In this document: piece by piece, positions 19,301-27,786 of the stretch
Numbering within the stretch: position 1 is the first letter of the stretch
How the letters are laid out: every line of letters starts with the position of its first letter
Source of the DNA: an uncultured Dehalococcoidia bacterium
GTDB taxonomy: Bacteria > Chloroflexota > Dehalococcoidia > Lucifugimonadales > CAJWER01
Reading direction: 5' to 3'
NCBI GenBank assembly: GCA_964608025.1
Contig: CAZSLO010000022.1
Location: 31,256-95,255, forward strand
Length of the DNA stretch: 64,000 bases
Made by a program: the position numbers and the translations under genes
Notes under the pieces: model-generated
Seen by the model: the letters and a program-made list of their open reading frames with translations, nothing else
Told to the model about the DNA's origin: nothing
Databases searched by the model: none

Positions 19301-20030
19301 GGGCCAAATCGATCAAGGGATGAACGGCGAGAAAGTCCAATTGTTGGGACAGGTATCATCGATCATTGAAAGGACCACCAAGAAAGACCAACCCTACTTA
19401 ATAGTCAATCTAAAATTAATGGATGGAGACATCGATATATTCGTCTGGCAAAACATCATAGTTGACACCCAGCCTATTTGGGAACCCGGAATGCTCGTAG
19501 AGGTTACTGGGACAGTAAGACTTAGGGACGATCGTACGAGCATCTCTTGCCAAGGCGCTTCCAAATATAACCCTGAACAGCGTGATTCTATAGATGAACT
19601 GGCCAGCAAGACCGATCATCCCGACAATTCTACTGGAATCATAAAACCACCATCCGGGATCCTACAGGAGGGAAATGAGAAGCCTGTCGTCCCAAAGCTT
19701 CCTTCACCTTCCAGTACAAAATCCACAAACGGTTTGTCCAAAATAACAACGCAGACTCAAAATAACTCTTCTCCTGTACCAAAACGTAAACTAGTTGTCC
19801 GACTATCTGAAAGCCAAGAAACAGACCAAAATCACCACCTGCTAGAAGATGTTAAAAAATTTCTACTAGAGAACCAAGGAACAGACGATATAAGCCTCGA
19901 AATTGCTTCATCTGGTCGCATATTCATGCTGGATTGGCCAATATTGAAGGTAGACATAACTGCCGACTTACTACACCAGCTCCAAGTCATCCTAGGAAAC
20001 AATGGAACTATGCGAATCGACAAAAAATGA
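16398..20030 (+). CDS. dnaE: DNA polymerase III alpha subunit
   Basis: PHP domain start FTHLHNHTEFSLLDG, palm/fingers motifs, OB fold near residue 1000. The TTG start immediately follows an in-frame stop. Confidence 0.95.
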   Translation: MFTHLHNHTEFSLLDGLSRLEPLIQRTKDLGMSHLAITDHGGLYGAIDFYQAARAADVVPIIGCEMYVAPSSRYDRNPNDKKPYHMTVLAKNQIGYGNLVKLVTAAHLEGFYYYPRIDKPLLEKHSEGLIVLSGCPSGEVPKLISQGRMEDATAAVQWYRDLFPDYHLELMEHGGVEGLPIINQGLMELHRELKVPVVATNDSHYINKEDAPLQDILICIHTNTNINDPKRLKMDEDSYYIKSPDEMASLYPETPAAISNSMRIAEECELEIDFSQLHLPEYTVPEGMNADEYLAKLCWDGLSHRIGQYGDEEKSRLQYELEVIKQTQYANYFLVVWDIATFVRKNDIAFAVRGSAAGSLVLYSLSVTDVNPLLYRIVFERFLNVERQEMPDIDMDFQDDRREEVLNYVVEKYGRDHVAQIITFGTLGAKASIRDVGRALAMPYEEVDRVARLIPSRLNMKLDSALEESTELHEIYETDQGIKRLVDSARAIEGTTRHSSTHAAGVVISKEPLDTLVPLQRPPKGDDDSISTTQYSMDPVAALGLLKMDFLGLSNLSILANARDLISENHSISIDLRQVSLNDAKTLEALSNGDTVGVFQLEGSGMTGHIKHLQPSSMVDVASMIALYRPGPMEHIDTFIKAKHGEIAVEYLHPILQPILEETYGVIVFQDQVFLIAQAFAGYSLGEADVLRKAMGKKIPAIMAQEKGKFIEGALGQGYTKELAEQVFALIEPFAGYGFPKAHAISYGLISYWTAYLKANFPEEYMVSLLNAYSGNSDKLAGSISECRRLGIRVLPPDILDSEVEFHVENSNGNSTIRFGLANVKNVGTGSIVPFVNSRSEVDITITTIEEMCRAVDMSSITKKTLESLAMAGAFDRFGDRGAILDTLDRIHSLAQGEAALKNSSQASMFDILGQDTETPLAHIELPVVNTPDTEKQNWEFELLGVSFSGNNLEELIGNNPGEAIISRGQIDQGMNGEKVQLLGQVSSIIERTTKKDQPYLIVNLKLMDGDIDIFVWQNIIVDTQPIWEPGMLVEVTGTVRLRDDRTSISCQGASKYNPEQRDSIDELASKTDHPDNSTGIIKPPSGILQEGNEKPVVPKLPSPSSTKSTNGLSKITTQTQNNSSPVPKRKLVVRLSESQETDQNHHLLEDVKKFLLENQGTDDISLEIASSGRIFMLDWPILKVDITADLLHQLQVILGNNGTMRIDKK

Positions 20031-20254
20031 ACTGGGCGGCACCAACAACAAAATCAAACCATCCGACTGAGATATACCGGGATCCGCTATACGAGTAACC
20101 CAACGATACACTACGCTAATACAGGCTAGTAGAACATGCGGCTCTCTTGATTTCCCACCATACACATGTCGTTTCTTAGTATTGACAAGGATTTCAATAG
20201 GTCATTAGTCCACAGGGTTTGTAGCTCTCAACTAGTACATCCTTTCAAATAGAC

Positions 20255-20773
20255 TCAGTGACTGCCTTTACTTTCTAGGTCCAGTAAACGCTTCTTAAGT
20301 TCAAGCTGCTTAGTCCCTCCACCAAACCCCCTTAGCTGACCATCGCTAGCCAAAACTCTATGGCACGGAACAATTATAGGGAGGCGATTTCTGGCCATAG
20401 CCTGTCCTGCCGCACGCGGTGCTTTAGGCCTACCAGTTTTGATAGCCAGCCATTTATACGTCCTCGTCTCTCCATACCTTATGGTCCTGCAAACAGTCCA
20501 AGAAATACGTTCGAACGAAGAGGCATCGCTAACATCGATATCTTGATAATCTATATCTACGTTCTCTCCGTCAAAATATCTCGACAGACTGTCTACCAAT
20601 CCAGTGAACCTGCCCGGAGAATGCGTGAATTCAAATGTATCAAAACCTAATCTCATCAGGCATTCTTCAGGGGAATTCTGAGGAAGGGTGGTACGACGTA
20701 GTCCATTGATCGAAGCAACCACGCCCATCCATCCAAACCGAGTCTCGAACACATCATAATCGTACACGCTCAC
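20255..20773 (-). CDS. ogt: Methylated-DNA--protein-cysteine methyltransferase (Ogt/MGMT)
   Basis: Active-site motif IIVPCHRVL. Preferred start is GTG at 20773, overlapping the upstream TAG by 1 nt (TAGTG). The track start 20857 would overlap the upstream gene by 85 nt. Confidence 0.85.
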   Translation of the reverse strand: MSVYDYDVFETRFGWMGVVASINGLRRTTLPQNSPEECLMRLGFDTFEFTHSPGRFTGLVDSLSRYFDGENVDIDYQDIDVSDASSFERISWTVCRTIRYGETRTYKWLAIKTGRPKAPRAAGQAMARNRLPIIVPCHRVLASDGQLRGFGGGTKQLELKKRLLDLESKGSH

Positions 20774-23355
20774 TACGTTTTCGCCTGGCCAGCAACTCCA
20801 ACTGGTATCAGACGTCTCAAAGCCCGTCCTACCAAGGCCACCCGTACCGTTTTCCATTCTTGACTTAGCTCTTCAACCAATTCGGCATCCGGTTGGCGAT
20901 TGCCGTACCTCCCTGCCGCGAATGCAGTAGCCACTGCTAATGCGCTTGAAGCTATACCTGGCATGTAGCGGCCAATAATTTTCCCGTATTCGATAGGAGT
21001 TTGAAAGGAACGCATTGGTAATCCAGTCAAAGTTCCAAGCCTACACATCTTCACATATAGTATCTCGGGAGATGGGGATCCTGAGAACGCGTACACCCAA
21101 GTCGCCCAGATGGAAAAAACCATCATCGCAACAATCCCTATTATGGCCATCAGTAACCAAGTAATTTCAATTCCAGGTGCAGTTGCTGACAATTCATTCT
21201 GTCGGTTATCCCGATCCCTATCATCAATGCAATCCTCGTCTTGTTGCATAAAAGCCACGTCCTCACCAACAATTCCCAGACAAGGATCTTCCTCTACAGG
21301 GTTTCCTGCGCCCTCATCAGGCTGCTCAGAAGTACTAGGTTCTACTACTTCTGGAACCAAGGGCTCCCCTCTAGGTTGAAGAGGCCAGGCCGGGGTCGGC
21401 TCGAAATCTATCCAACCGTGGCCCGGAAAGTAAACTTGAACCCATACATGGCTATCCGAATCCCTGACCGCACGAAATTCACTATGCTCCTGTTTCTCTC
21501 CAGGAGCATAGCCCCCGGCGAGTCGAGCAGGCACCCCAACGGTTCGCATCATCACTGCCATAGCGGAAGCATAGTAATCACTATATCCAGTGCGGGAGGC
21601 AAATAGGAAATGATCAACGCCGTCTGAATTTGGTGGTGGCCCATCTATATCCTGTGAGTATTCGAAAACATCGCTTCTTAGAAAATCTTGTATTACCAAG
21701 GCCTTATCCATTGGGTTAGTTGTGCCCTCGGTAGCTCTTTTAGCAAGGTCGCGTACCCGTTGAGGTAGTTCGGCCGGAAGCTGAAGATAGTGGTCTTTCA
21801 GGTAACCACTATAATTAGAAGAAGATTCGCGTAATTCCTCTACCGTTGCAAGAGAAACATAGCTACGGGTGGCGTAGGCATCACCCTCCTTCAGTCGGTT
21901 TTGGGTGCGCCATCCAACCACGTCTGGGATCGTAGGTTCTTTTCGAGATATCGTAACGGTATCGATCCGGTCCCTATCCGTATCTTGTATTCCCGGTGAA
22001 ACGCTGATCAAAGACAGGTCTCCTGGTAAATTCCGTACGATTTCTGCCTCAACAAAAACGGTTTTTAAGGGTATTAGAAGTGACCTTAGTTCTTGGGCAA
22101 CATTTTTCACATCGTCTGGGAGCCCTTGGTCATTAAGAGGGTCCTCAATTTCTATCGTAAATGTCTTAGGCTTCAGGGTTTCTGCAATTGCCCCACGACT
22201 AATCCATTCTATATTTCCACCGGCCCAAAGATTATTGGTTTCAAACTGGACTACAATCGAATGGGTGTCCTCAATTCTTCTAAACGATTCTTGCGGAGGA
22301 GGGGGCAGTTGATCAATTCCTACTGCCAAATTTTGACTATCCCCAGCTATCCATCCTTGAGGCGTATATTGGCTATAAGTCCTATTGAGCCAATACGCTG
22401 GATGCTTCGAACGTGCCTGCATTACTACCTCGCCTCCCAGCGATATGGTTCCCTTGAATGGCAAGGTATCTCCAAAATACCGACCGGCTACGTCTTTACG
22501 TGACGCGATCGGAGAAAAGAGCCGCGCAAATTCATCCTCGATGTTGGATATCGGGGACCTAGCTGTGTTCCATGCATCTACAGCCGTCCGCCAGACCAAG
22601 ACGTTTACTGGAAAAAGAGACGTCACCAACAATATCAGTAGGCACAAAACTACGCTGGCCTGCACAGAAATCCATCTTCCATTATTGGTGATTCGGAATT
22701 TCCCAGTCCCCCATTCACGAAGTCGTTGCACATGCGTGATACGTGCCACGAGTAACATCGCCAAGAAGATAAATGCAAAGAACCTAGTGTCATATCCATC
22801 GGGCATGAAGCTGAGGTTTGTCAATATTGCTACACCACTCAACACCAAGCCTACCCATAGATTGTTCGATCTGAAAAGAAACCAAGTGCTGACATATCCG
22901 AGAAGCCAGCTTGCACTGAGCAATGTGATGGAAAAAGGAAGTAAATCGGTACTAATTCCCCCAGATGTCGCAGCTACATACCAGAGGTTCAATCTCATCC
23001 AGGTTTCGGAGGCAGCGTCAATAAAGCCAGTCGTTCCAGCCAAAGAGGTTGCATACCATAGAACCATTGCAAACCCTAGAGCCAAACCAATCATATGCAG
23101 TATGGGTGCTGGCAAACGTATCTTAGACAGAATCAGCCCGGTAAAACTGGAACACAGGATCAGTACCATGAGACCAGGAGTTTCTACCCACTCCGACTCA
23201 ATAACAGAATATCCTGTAATTGCAACAGCGCCCAGAATCAGCAGAAACGAATCCCACCCCTGGCTAGGTGTGTATCTCGCGAAGAATCGAAATACAGGAC
23301 TCCGCTCTGTTGTATCGTTCATATCTCGCCGGGATAGCACTGATGCTTCTGTCAT
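20773..23355 (-). CDS. Transglutaminase-like membrane protein (TgpA-like: N-terminal polytopic domain, TGase core, C-terminal TM plus DUF4129-like tail)
   Basis: Core segment RTGYSDYYASAMAVMMRTVGVPARLAGGY ... DSHVWVQVYFPGHGWIDFEPT. Sits after MoxR and DUF58 as in canonical operons. Confidence 0.8.
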   Translation of the reverse strand: MTEASVLSRRDMNDTTERSPVFRFFARYTPSQGWDSFLLILGAVAITGYSVIESEWVETPGLMVLILCSSFTGLILSKIRLPAPILHMIGLALGFAMVLWYATSLAGTTGFIDAASETWMRLNLWYVAATSGGISTDLLPFSITLLSASWLLGYVSTWFLFRSNNLWVGLVLSGVAILTNLSFMPDGYDTRFFAFIFLAMLLVARITHVQRLREWGTGKFRITNNGRWISVQASVVLCLLILLVTSLFPVNVLVWRTAVDAWNTARSPISNIEDEFARLFSPIASRKDVAGRYFGDTLPFKGTISLGGEVVMQARSKHPAYWLNRTYSQYTPQGWIAGDSQNLAVGIDQLPPPPQESFRRIEDTHSIVVQFETNNLWAGGNIEWISRGAIAETLKPKTFTIEIEDPLNDQGLPDDVKNVAQELRSLLIPLKTVFVEAEIVRNLPGDLSLISVSPGIQDTDRDRIDTVTISRKEPTIPDVVGWRTQNRLKEGDAYATRSYVSLATVEELRESSSNYSGYLKDHYLQLPAELPQRVRDLAKRATEGTTNPMDKALVIQDFLRSDVFEYSQDIDGPPPNSDGVDHFLFASRTGYSDYYASAMAVMMRTVGVPARLAGGYAPGEKQEHSEFRAVRDSDSHVWVQVYFPGHGWIDFEPTPAWPLQPRGEPLVPEVVEPSTSEQPDEGAGNPVEEDPCLGIVGEDVAFMQQDEDCIDDRDRDNRQNELSATAPGIEITWLLMAIIGIVAMMVFSIWATWVYAFSGSPSPEILYVKMCRLGTLTGLPMRSFQTPIEYGKIIGRYMPGIASSALAVATAFAAGRYGNRQPDAELVEELSQEWKTVRVALVGRALRRLIPVGVAGQAKT

Positions 23356-23384
23356 ATTAATACCGTGGCGACCCTTTTCGTCCG

Positions 23385-24626
23385 TTACCGTTGCGATATC
23401 CTATCCCACCTATCACTACTTAAAGCCGTTGAGATATCGTCACCCTTTTTGACCACATAGGCTGCAATACCACCATCGGCTAGCGGGCCAAGAACTTCCA
23501 AAGTGTTAAAAGGCGCCCCAAAAGACGCCGCGTCTACCAAAACCACGACCAACTTAACACCCTTTCTGGCAAGTGCTATCAAAGCCGTAGTCCAATCCAC
23601 GCGTGGAGACGAAGTAACGACGATAACAGTACTCAGATGGGTCCACAGGGTTTCATCTTTTGGAAGGGCTTCCTCCAGCGATACGCCTCCCTCAGCCTTG
23701 CTGAGTGCTAGGTACTGCATTACCCGTTCAAGTTGGCCGGTCCCTGTCTCCGCTGAAAGAAAATATCGTTTATCACCGTAGGCGATAAGCCCGACCGGAA
23801 GATTAGCCTCGAGATATCTCTTCGCCAGAGATGCTCCAATAGACACAGCGTACTCATCAGTGCTGTCTTCGAATTCACCTATATGGATATCTTTCTCTAA
23901 ATCAACCAGAACCCAGACCTCTGCAGCACGCCCAAGGTCAAATTCTTTGGACATTAGCTTGCCCATTTTGGCTGAACTAGCCCAGTGAACCCGGCTAAGG
24001 CTATCACCAGAAGAATAGTCTCTTACAGACGAGGCATGGGGTGTAACTGTATGGCTCCGCCTACGTACCGAACTATCCCCACTGATATCTGCTGGCGGAA
24101 TTTCGAATTCCATCACATTGTAAGTTCGCGGGAAAACAATGACGTTCCGCGGGTCACCAAAACGTCTCTCCCGCCTGAAAAGTCCGAACGGGTCTCCATT
24201 AGCGATTTCTACAGATCCTACAGAATAAGAACCTCTTTTCCTCGCTTTGATAGCTGATGGCCATGTCTGTGACGCGTTCCCATATAAACTAACTACCGTG
24301 CCCCCATAGTGCCCAGGCATATCAGTGAGATCTCTGACCTCAAGGGAGTGTTTAGGAATTTGGCTAGTATTCTTAACGAAGATTTCTTCTATGAATGAAT
24401 CTCCTACCTCGACCTGGCCAGTAGCGCATTCTGCACTTGCATCAATATTACGCATAGAAAGCCAATTCCAGATATAGCCGAAAAGTACAGTACCAACCAG
24501 GAGATATAGCAGCCTGTAAAAAAGTCCAAACCCAGTGGCCATCCCTGTTACTGTGGTAACAAAAGCCAGGGCCAGTATTAGATAGAATCTAGCTCTAGGA
24601 CGGACCTTGAAATTATTCCACATCAT
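23385..24626 (-). CDS. DUF58 domain protein (vWA-like partner of MoxR)
   Basis: N-terminal two TM helices. Signature DYSSGDSLSRVHWASSAKMGKLMSKEF. 4-nt ATGA overlap with the moxR stop. Confidence 0.85.
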   Translation of the reverse strand: MMWNNFKVRPRARFYLILALAFVTTVTGMATGFGLFYRLLYLLVGTVLFGYIWNWLSMRNIDASAECATGQVEVGDSFIEEIFVKNTSQIPKHSLEVRDLTDMPGHYGGTVVSLYGNASQTWPSAIKARKRGSYSVGSVEIANGDPFGLFRRERRFGDPRNVIVFPRTYNVMEFEIPPADISGDSSVRRRSHTVTPHASSVRDYSSGDSLSRVHWASSAKMGKLMSKEFDLGRAAEVWVLVDLEKDIHIGEFEDSTDEYAVSIGASLAKRYLEANLPVGLIAYGDKRYFLSAETGTGQLERVMQYLALSKAEGGVSLEEALPKDETLWTHLSTVIVVTSSPRVDWTTALIALARKGVKLVVVLVDAASFGAPFNTLEVLGPLADGGIAAYVVKKGDDISTALSSDRWDRISQR

Positions 24627-25594
24627 CCCCTAAACCAGCCTCGCGACTGGGCCCCAGGAACGTCTAATCGATCCACCAGATTCTCTATGATCTCTTCTGG
24701 GGTAATACCTCGCATCCGTGCAGGTGCGGCGGCGATAATCCTGTGAGCCAGCATAGGCACAGCTAATTCCTTAACATCGTCCGGTAGTACATAGTCCCTA
24801 CCCCGGATCATCGCAAGCGCCTGCGCACCTCTAAACAAAGACAACGATCCCCGAGGTGAACTGCCTAAAGATATGTCTTCATGATCCCGAGTAGCCGCGA
24901 CGACCGTGACAATATACTGGCGTATCAGATCATCAACATATATCCCTTTCACAGATTCCTGAATCTTGACGATTTCAGCTCCAGTAGCAACCGCAGCCAA
25001 GGCTTCGATCGGGTGGGCTAGTTCTTGTTTATCAACGATTGCTCGTTCTTCCTCCAAAGTCGGGTAGCCTAGCGTGATTTTTAGAAAAAAGCGGTCGAGT
25101 TGTGCCTCAGGCAACGGGAAGGTTCCCTCATACTCTATCGGATTCTGTGTGGCCATCACGATAAATGGCCTCGGGAGTGAATGAGTCACCCCCTCTACAG
25201 TAACTTGTCTCTCATCCATAGCCTCGAGCAGCGCTGATTGGGTTTTCGGAGTCGCTCTATTTATCTCATCGGCCAAGACAATTTGAGCCATCACAGGGCC
25301 TGACTTAAATTCGAAGTTCCCGGACTTCTGGTTATAAATAGAAACCCCACTAATATCACTAGGAAGTAAATCCGGGGTAAATTGAATTCGGCTGTAATCA
25401 CAACTAGTCGATTTAGCCAAACTACGTGCAAGCATGGTCTTGCCGACGCCAGGTACATCTTCTATCAATATGTGTCCCTGGCAGATTAAAGCAACTACTG
25501 CAAGTTCAATAGCCGATTCTTTGCCAATAATTACTCTCTTAACATTCTCAACAATCTGGTTTGCGTCATCCGTAGATAATTCAATGACCTGCAA
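24623..25594 (-). CDS. MoxR-family AAA+ ATPase
   Basis: Walker A EDVPGVGKT, Walker B VLADEINR, VMATQNPIEYEGTFPLPEAQLDRF. About 320 aa. Confidence 0.92.
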   Translation of the reverse strand: MQVIELSTDDANQIVENVKRVIIGKESAIELAVVALICQGHILIEDVPGVGKTMLARSLAKSTSCDYSRIQFTPDLLPSDISGVSIYNQKSGNFEFKSGPVMAQIVLADEINRATPKTQSALLEAMDERQVTVEGVTHSLPRPFIVMATQNPIEYEGTFPLPEAQLDRFFLKITLGYPTLEEERAIVDKQELAHPIEALAAVATGAEIVKIQESVKGIYVDDLIRQYIVTVVAATRDHEDISLGSSPRGSLSLFRGAQALAMIRGRDYVLPDDVKELAVPMLAHRIIAAAPARMRGITPEEIIENLVDRLDVPGAQSRGWFRG

Positions 25595-26061
25595 TTTAAC
25601 GCTCCTTGTTGAACCAGATCAGTTATAGTCCTATAAACCTAGAGACCAGTGTCCCGTTCAACGAATAATTCATACTATATGTGGGATTTCAAATTTTACC
25701 GGCCTAGCCACGATAGGAGGCCATCCCGTATGTGGTGCACATACTATCCAATAATCAACCTATGTGTCGAGCCACAGTGAAGCTCTTGTTGGTAAGCTAT
25801 CCATATCAACATCCTGGGGCAAAATTAATAGGGAGACAGAACTACCTAGAGCCAACCTGTCCATAGTCGATGCCGAACATTTTCGGCGTTCTTAACCTAT
25901 ACAGTCTAATTGTCCTCTAACATCCACCGTGCCAGAATCAATCCCTTGATACCGTAGATACATAATTGATACTGACGCGTATTCACCATTAATAGCCCAA
26001 ATCAAGAAATCCAAGCGATCTTATACCACTTGTTCGAATGGAGGTTCTTGGGAGAGTAAAG

Positions 26062-26137
26062 TGGTCGGGGTGACTGGACTTGAACCAGCGACCTCGTCGT
26101 CCCAAACGACGCGCGCTTCCAACTGCGCCACACCCCG
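26062..26137 (-). tRNA. tRNA-Pro (anticodon UGG), CCA encoded
   Basis: Hand-folded: acceptor CGGGGTG/CACCCCG, anticodon arm CGTCG-TTTGGGA-CGACG, T-arm GCTGG-TTCAAGT-CCAGT. 76 nt. Confidence 0.93.
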
Positions 26138-26333
26138 ACATGACTCAAATGATAAGACCTTCCGCACAAGATTAACAACCACCTTTACCCTATCATCACA
26201 GCCGTTGTATATAAATATCTCCTATAAAATCGACATTTCTTGAACGACTCCCTATAAAAGAACCAAGAAGAATTTGACCCCAACATATCCTGCCAATAAA
26301 ATCTGATGAACTCTTAAACTAGGATTTTTACTG

Positions 26334-27200
26334 ATGCCAACAGTGGGCGACGGCAATTTTACCTATGAACCAGTTCCGTTCTGGCCAAATATGCCGAAAT
26401 ATTGGGCCCTCGGAATGGCTTCAGATGGCGCAGTAAATTCGCGGGACGAAGTCCATATATTCAGCCGTGGCATTCACCCAGTAACCATCTGGGACATCTC
26501 CGGTAATTTCATATCCTCTTGGGGTGAAGGTCAATTTTCGGCCAATCCCCATGGTATTTATATAGCACCGAACGACAATATCTGGCTGGTTGATCGGGAT
26601 TATCACATTGCGACGGAATACACACCATCAGGCCAAGCCCTCAGAACACTTGGGGAAAAATTAGCACCATCGCCTTCCTTTATAGGCCAACCATTCAATA
26701 TGCCATCTGGAATAGCGATCGCACCCGATGGGAACATATTCGTATCCGACGGCTATGGAGGCCACCGTGTCCATAAATTCAGCGCCGACGGGAAATTGAT
26801 GCTCTCCTGGGGTCGACAGGGAACTGGCCCAGGAGAGTTTGCGCTGCTTCACAACATATGGGTCGACAGCCGCAACAGGGTACTTATCTGTGACCGCGAA
26901 AACCACCGTATTCAGATCTTTGATGAAATCGGCAACTTTCTATGCGAATGGACTGATTTAGTCGCGCCAGGCGACATATGGATCAAAGAAGACATCGTAC
27001 ACGTTATAGAACAGGGCGACGGCTGTGCAGTAAGCTTGTGGTCACTAGACGGGGAATTGATAACCCGTTGGAAAGGTAATCAAGGCCCTGGCACCGGCAC
27101 TATGACCGATGGTCACGGTATATGTGTGGATTCAGAGGGGAACATCTACGTGACTGAAATTGGTAACGCACAGAGAGTGCAAAAGTTCCAAAAGATCTAA
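26334..27200 (+). CDS. NHL-repeat beta-propeller protein (peptidyl-alpha-hydroxyglycine lyase-like family)
   Basis: Repeated blades: PHGIYIAPNDNIWLVDRDYH, PSGIAIAPDGNIFVSDGYGGHRVHKF, HNIWVDSRNRVLICDRENHRIQIF, GHGICVDSEGNIYVTE. Confidence 0.75.
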   Translation: MPTVGDGNFTYEPVPFWPNMPKYWALGMASDGAVNSRDEVHIFSRGIHPVTIWDISGNFISSWGEGQFSANPHGIYIAPNDNIWLVDRDYHIATEYTPSGQALRTLGEKLAPSPSFIGQPFNMPSGIAIAPDGNIFVSDGYGGHRVHKFSADGKLMLSWGRQGTGPGEFALLHNIWVDSRNRVLICDRENHRIQIFDEIGNFLCEWTDLVAPGDIWIKEDIVHVIEQGDGCAVSLWSLDGELITRWKGNQGPGTGTMTDGHGICVDSEGNIYVTEIGNAQRVQKFQKI

Positions 27201-27412
27201 GTTCCGTTATTTCTTCATCCCACTTTCCAACTAACTTTCATTCCAAGCCGGACATATGGCCAATCGGAATAATAATCTTGGGAAATCCATCTATCCTATC
27301 GTCAACTAATAACTCGGTCTCTCGTCTTGGAGATTCCGCGGAAAGTTCTTAATCTAGTCAGATTTTTATGATCACCGAGCCAGCTATGAACATCAAGTGT
27401 AGTACAGATGTA

Positions 27413-27784
27413 TCAACATAAAATAACGTCTTTCTTCTCAGCTAACCACAAGAACGGCTCACCCCACTGGCCTGGGTTATCAAGATCCCAGTCTTGTCTG
27501 TTAGTTGAAGGCCTCATTCGCACACCCCAGTCTCCTCCAATGATAATATATGCCTCTGCCTGACCAGAGTCTGAAACAGGTGCGTACATCGCGGAGCAAG
27601 GTATGCCACCATTATCACTGGACCATCCAGTGACATCGAATATTTCCTGTTTTCTCCCAGGTTCTAATAACCAAACCTGCTTGACTAAAACCAGTTTGTC
27701 CCGTGCTTCGAAAACTTGCAGAGGCATGTACTCACAGTTTTCATTTTCTTCTACCTCCACATAAATCGACGTTACTGACGCCAC
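27413..27784 (-). CDS. Hypothetical protein (123 aa), apparently co-transcribed with fabI
   Basis: GTG start 2 nt after the fabI stop, with GGGGA 7 nt upstream. No motif recognised. Confidence 0.45.
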   Translation of the reverse strand: MASVTSIYVEVEENENCEYMPLQVFEARDKLVLVKQVWLLEPGRKQEIFDVTGWSSDNGGIPCSAMYAPVSDSGQAEAYIIIGGDWGVRMRPSTNRQDWDLDNPGQWGEPFLWLAEKKDVILC

Positions 27785-27786
27785 GC

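Noticed and set aside
20774-20857. Longer Ogt N-terminus (track start 20857, 200 aa)
   Set aside because: It would overlap the upstream gene by 85 nt and add a non-homologous extension. GTG 20773 gives the canonical N-terminus and a 1-nt stop/start overlap.
22385-23452. 355-aa ORF on the plus strand, antisense to the transglutaminase-like gene and the DUF58 3' end
   Set aside because: It is Ser/Arg/Thr/Pro-rich with no motif and lies wholly inside well-supported minus-strand genes, which is typical of a shadow ORF. The same judgement applies to 21905..22312, 22093..22503, 21241..21606 and 23095..23337.
25730-25780. 16-codon micro-ORF (MWCTYYPIINLCVEPQ) with AGGAGG 9 nt upstream; considered as a possible RiPP precursor or leader peptide
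   Set aside because: No maturation, transport or regulated downstream gene sits on the same strand (the next element is a minus-strand tRNA). The start codon is buried in a hairpin. A single SD+ATG occurrence is within chance.
26061-26243. 60-aa ORF overlapping tRNA-Pro (and likewise 6784..6990 overlapping tRNA-Gly)
   Set aside because: The translations MVGVTGLEPATSS and GIRTHDILLGKQTLYP are the well-known artefacts of translating tRNA genes.
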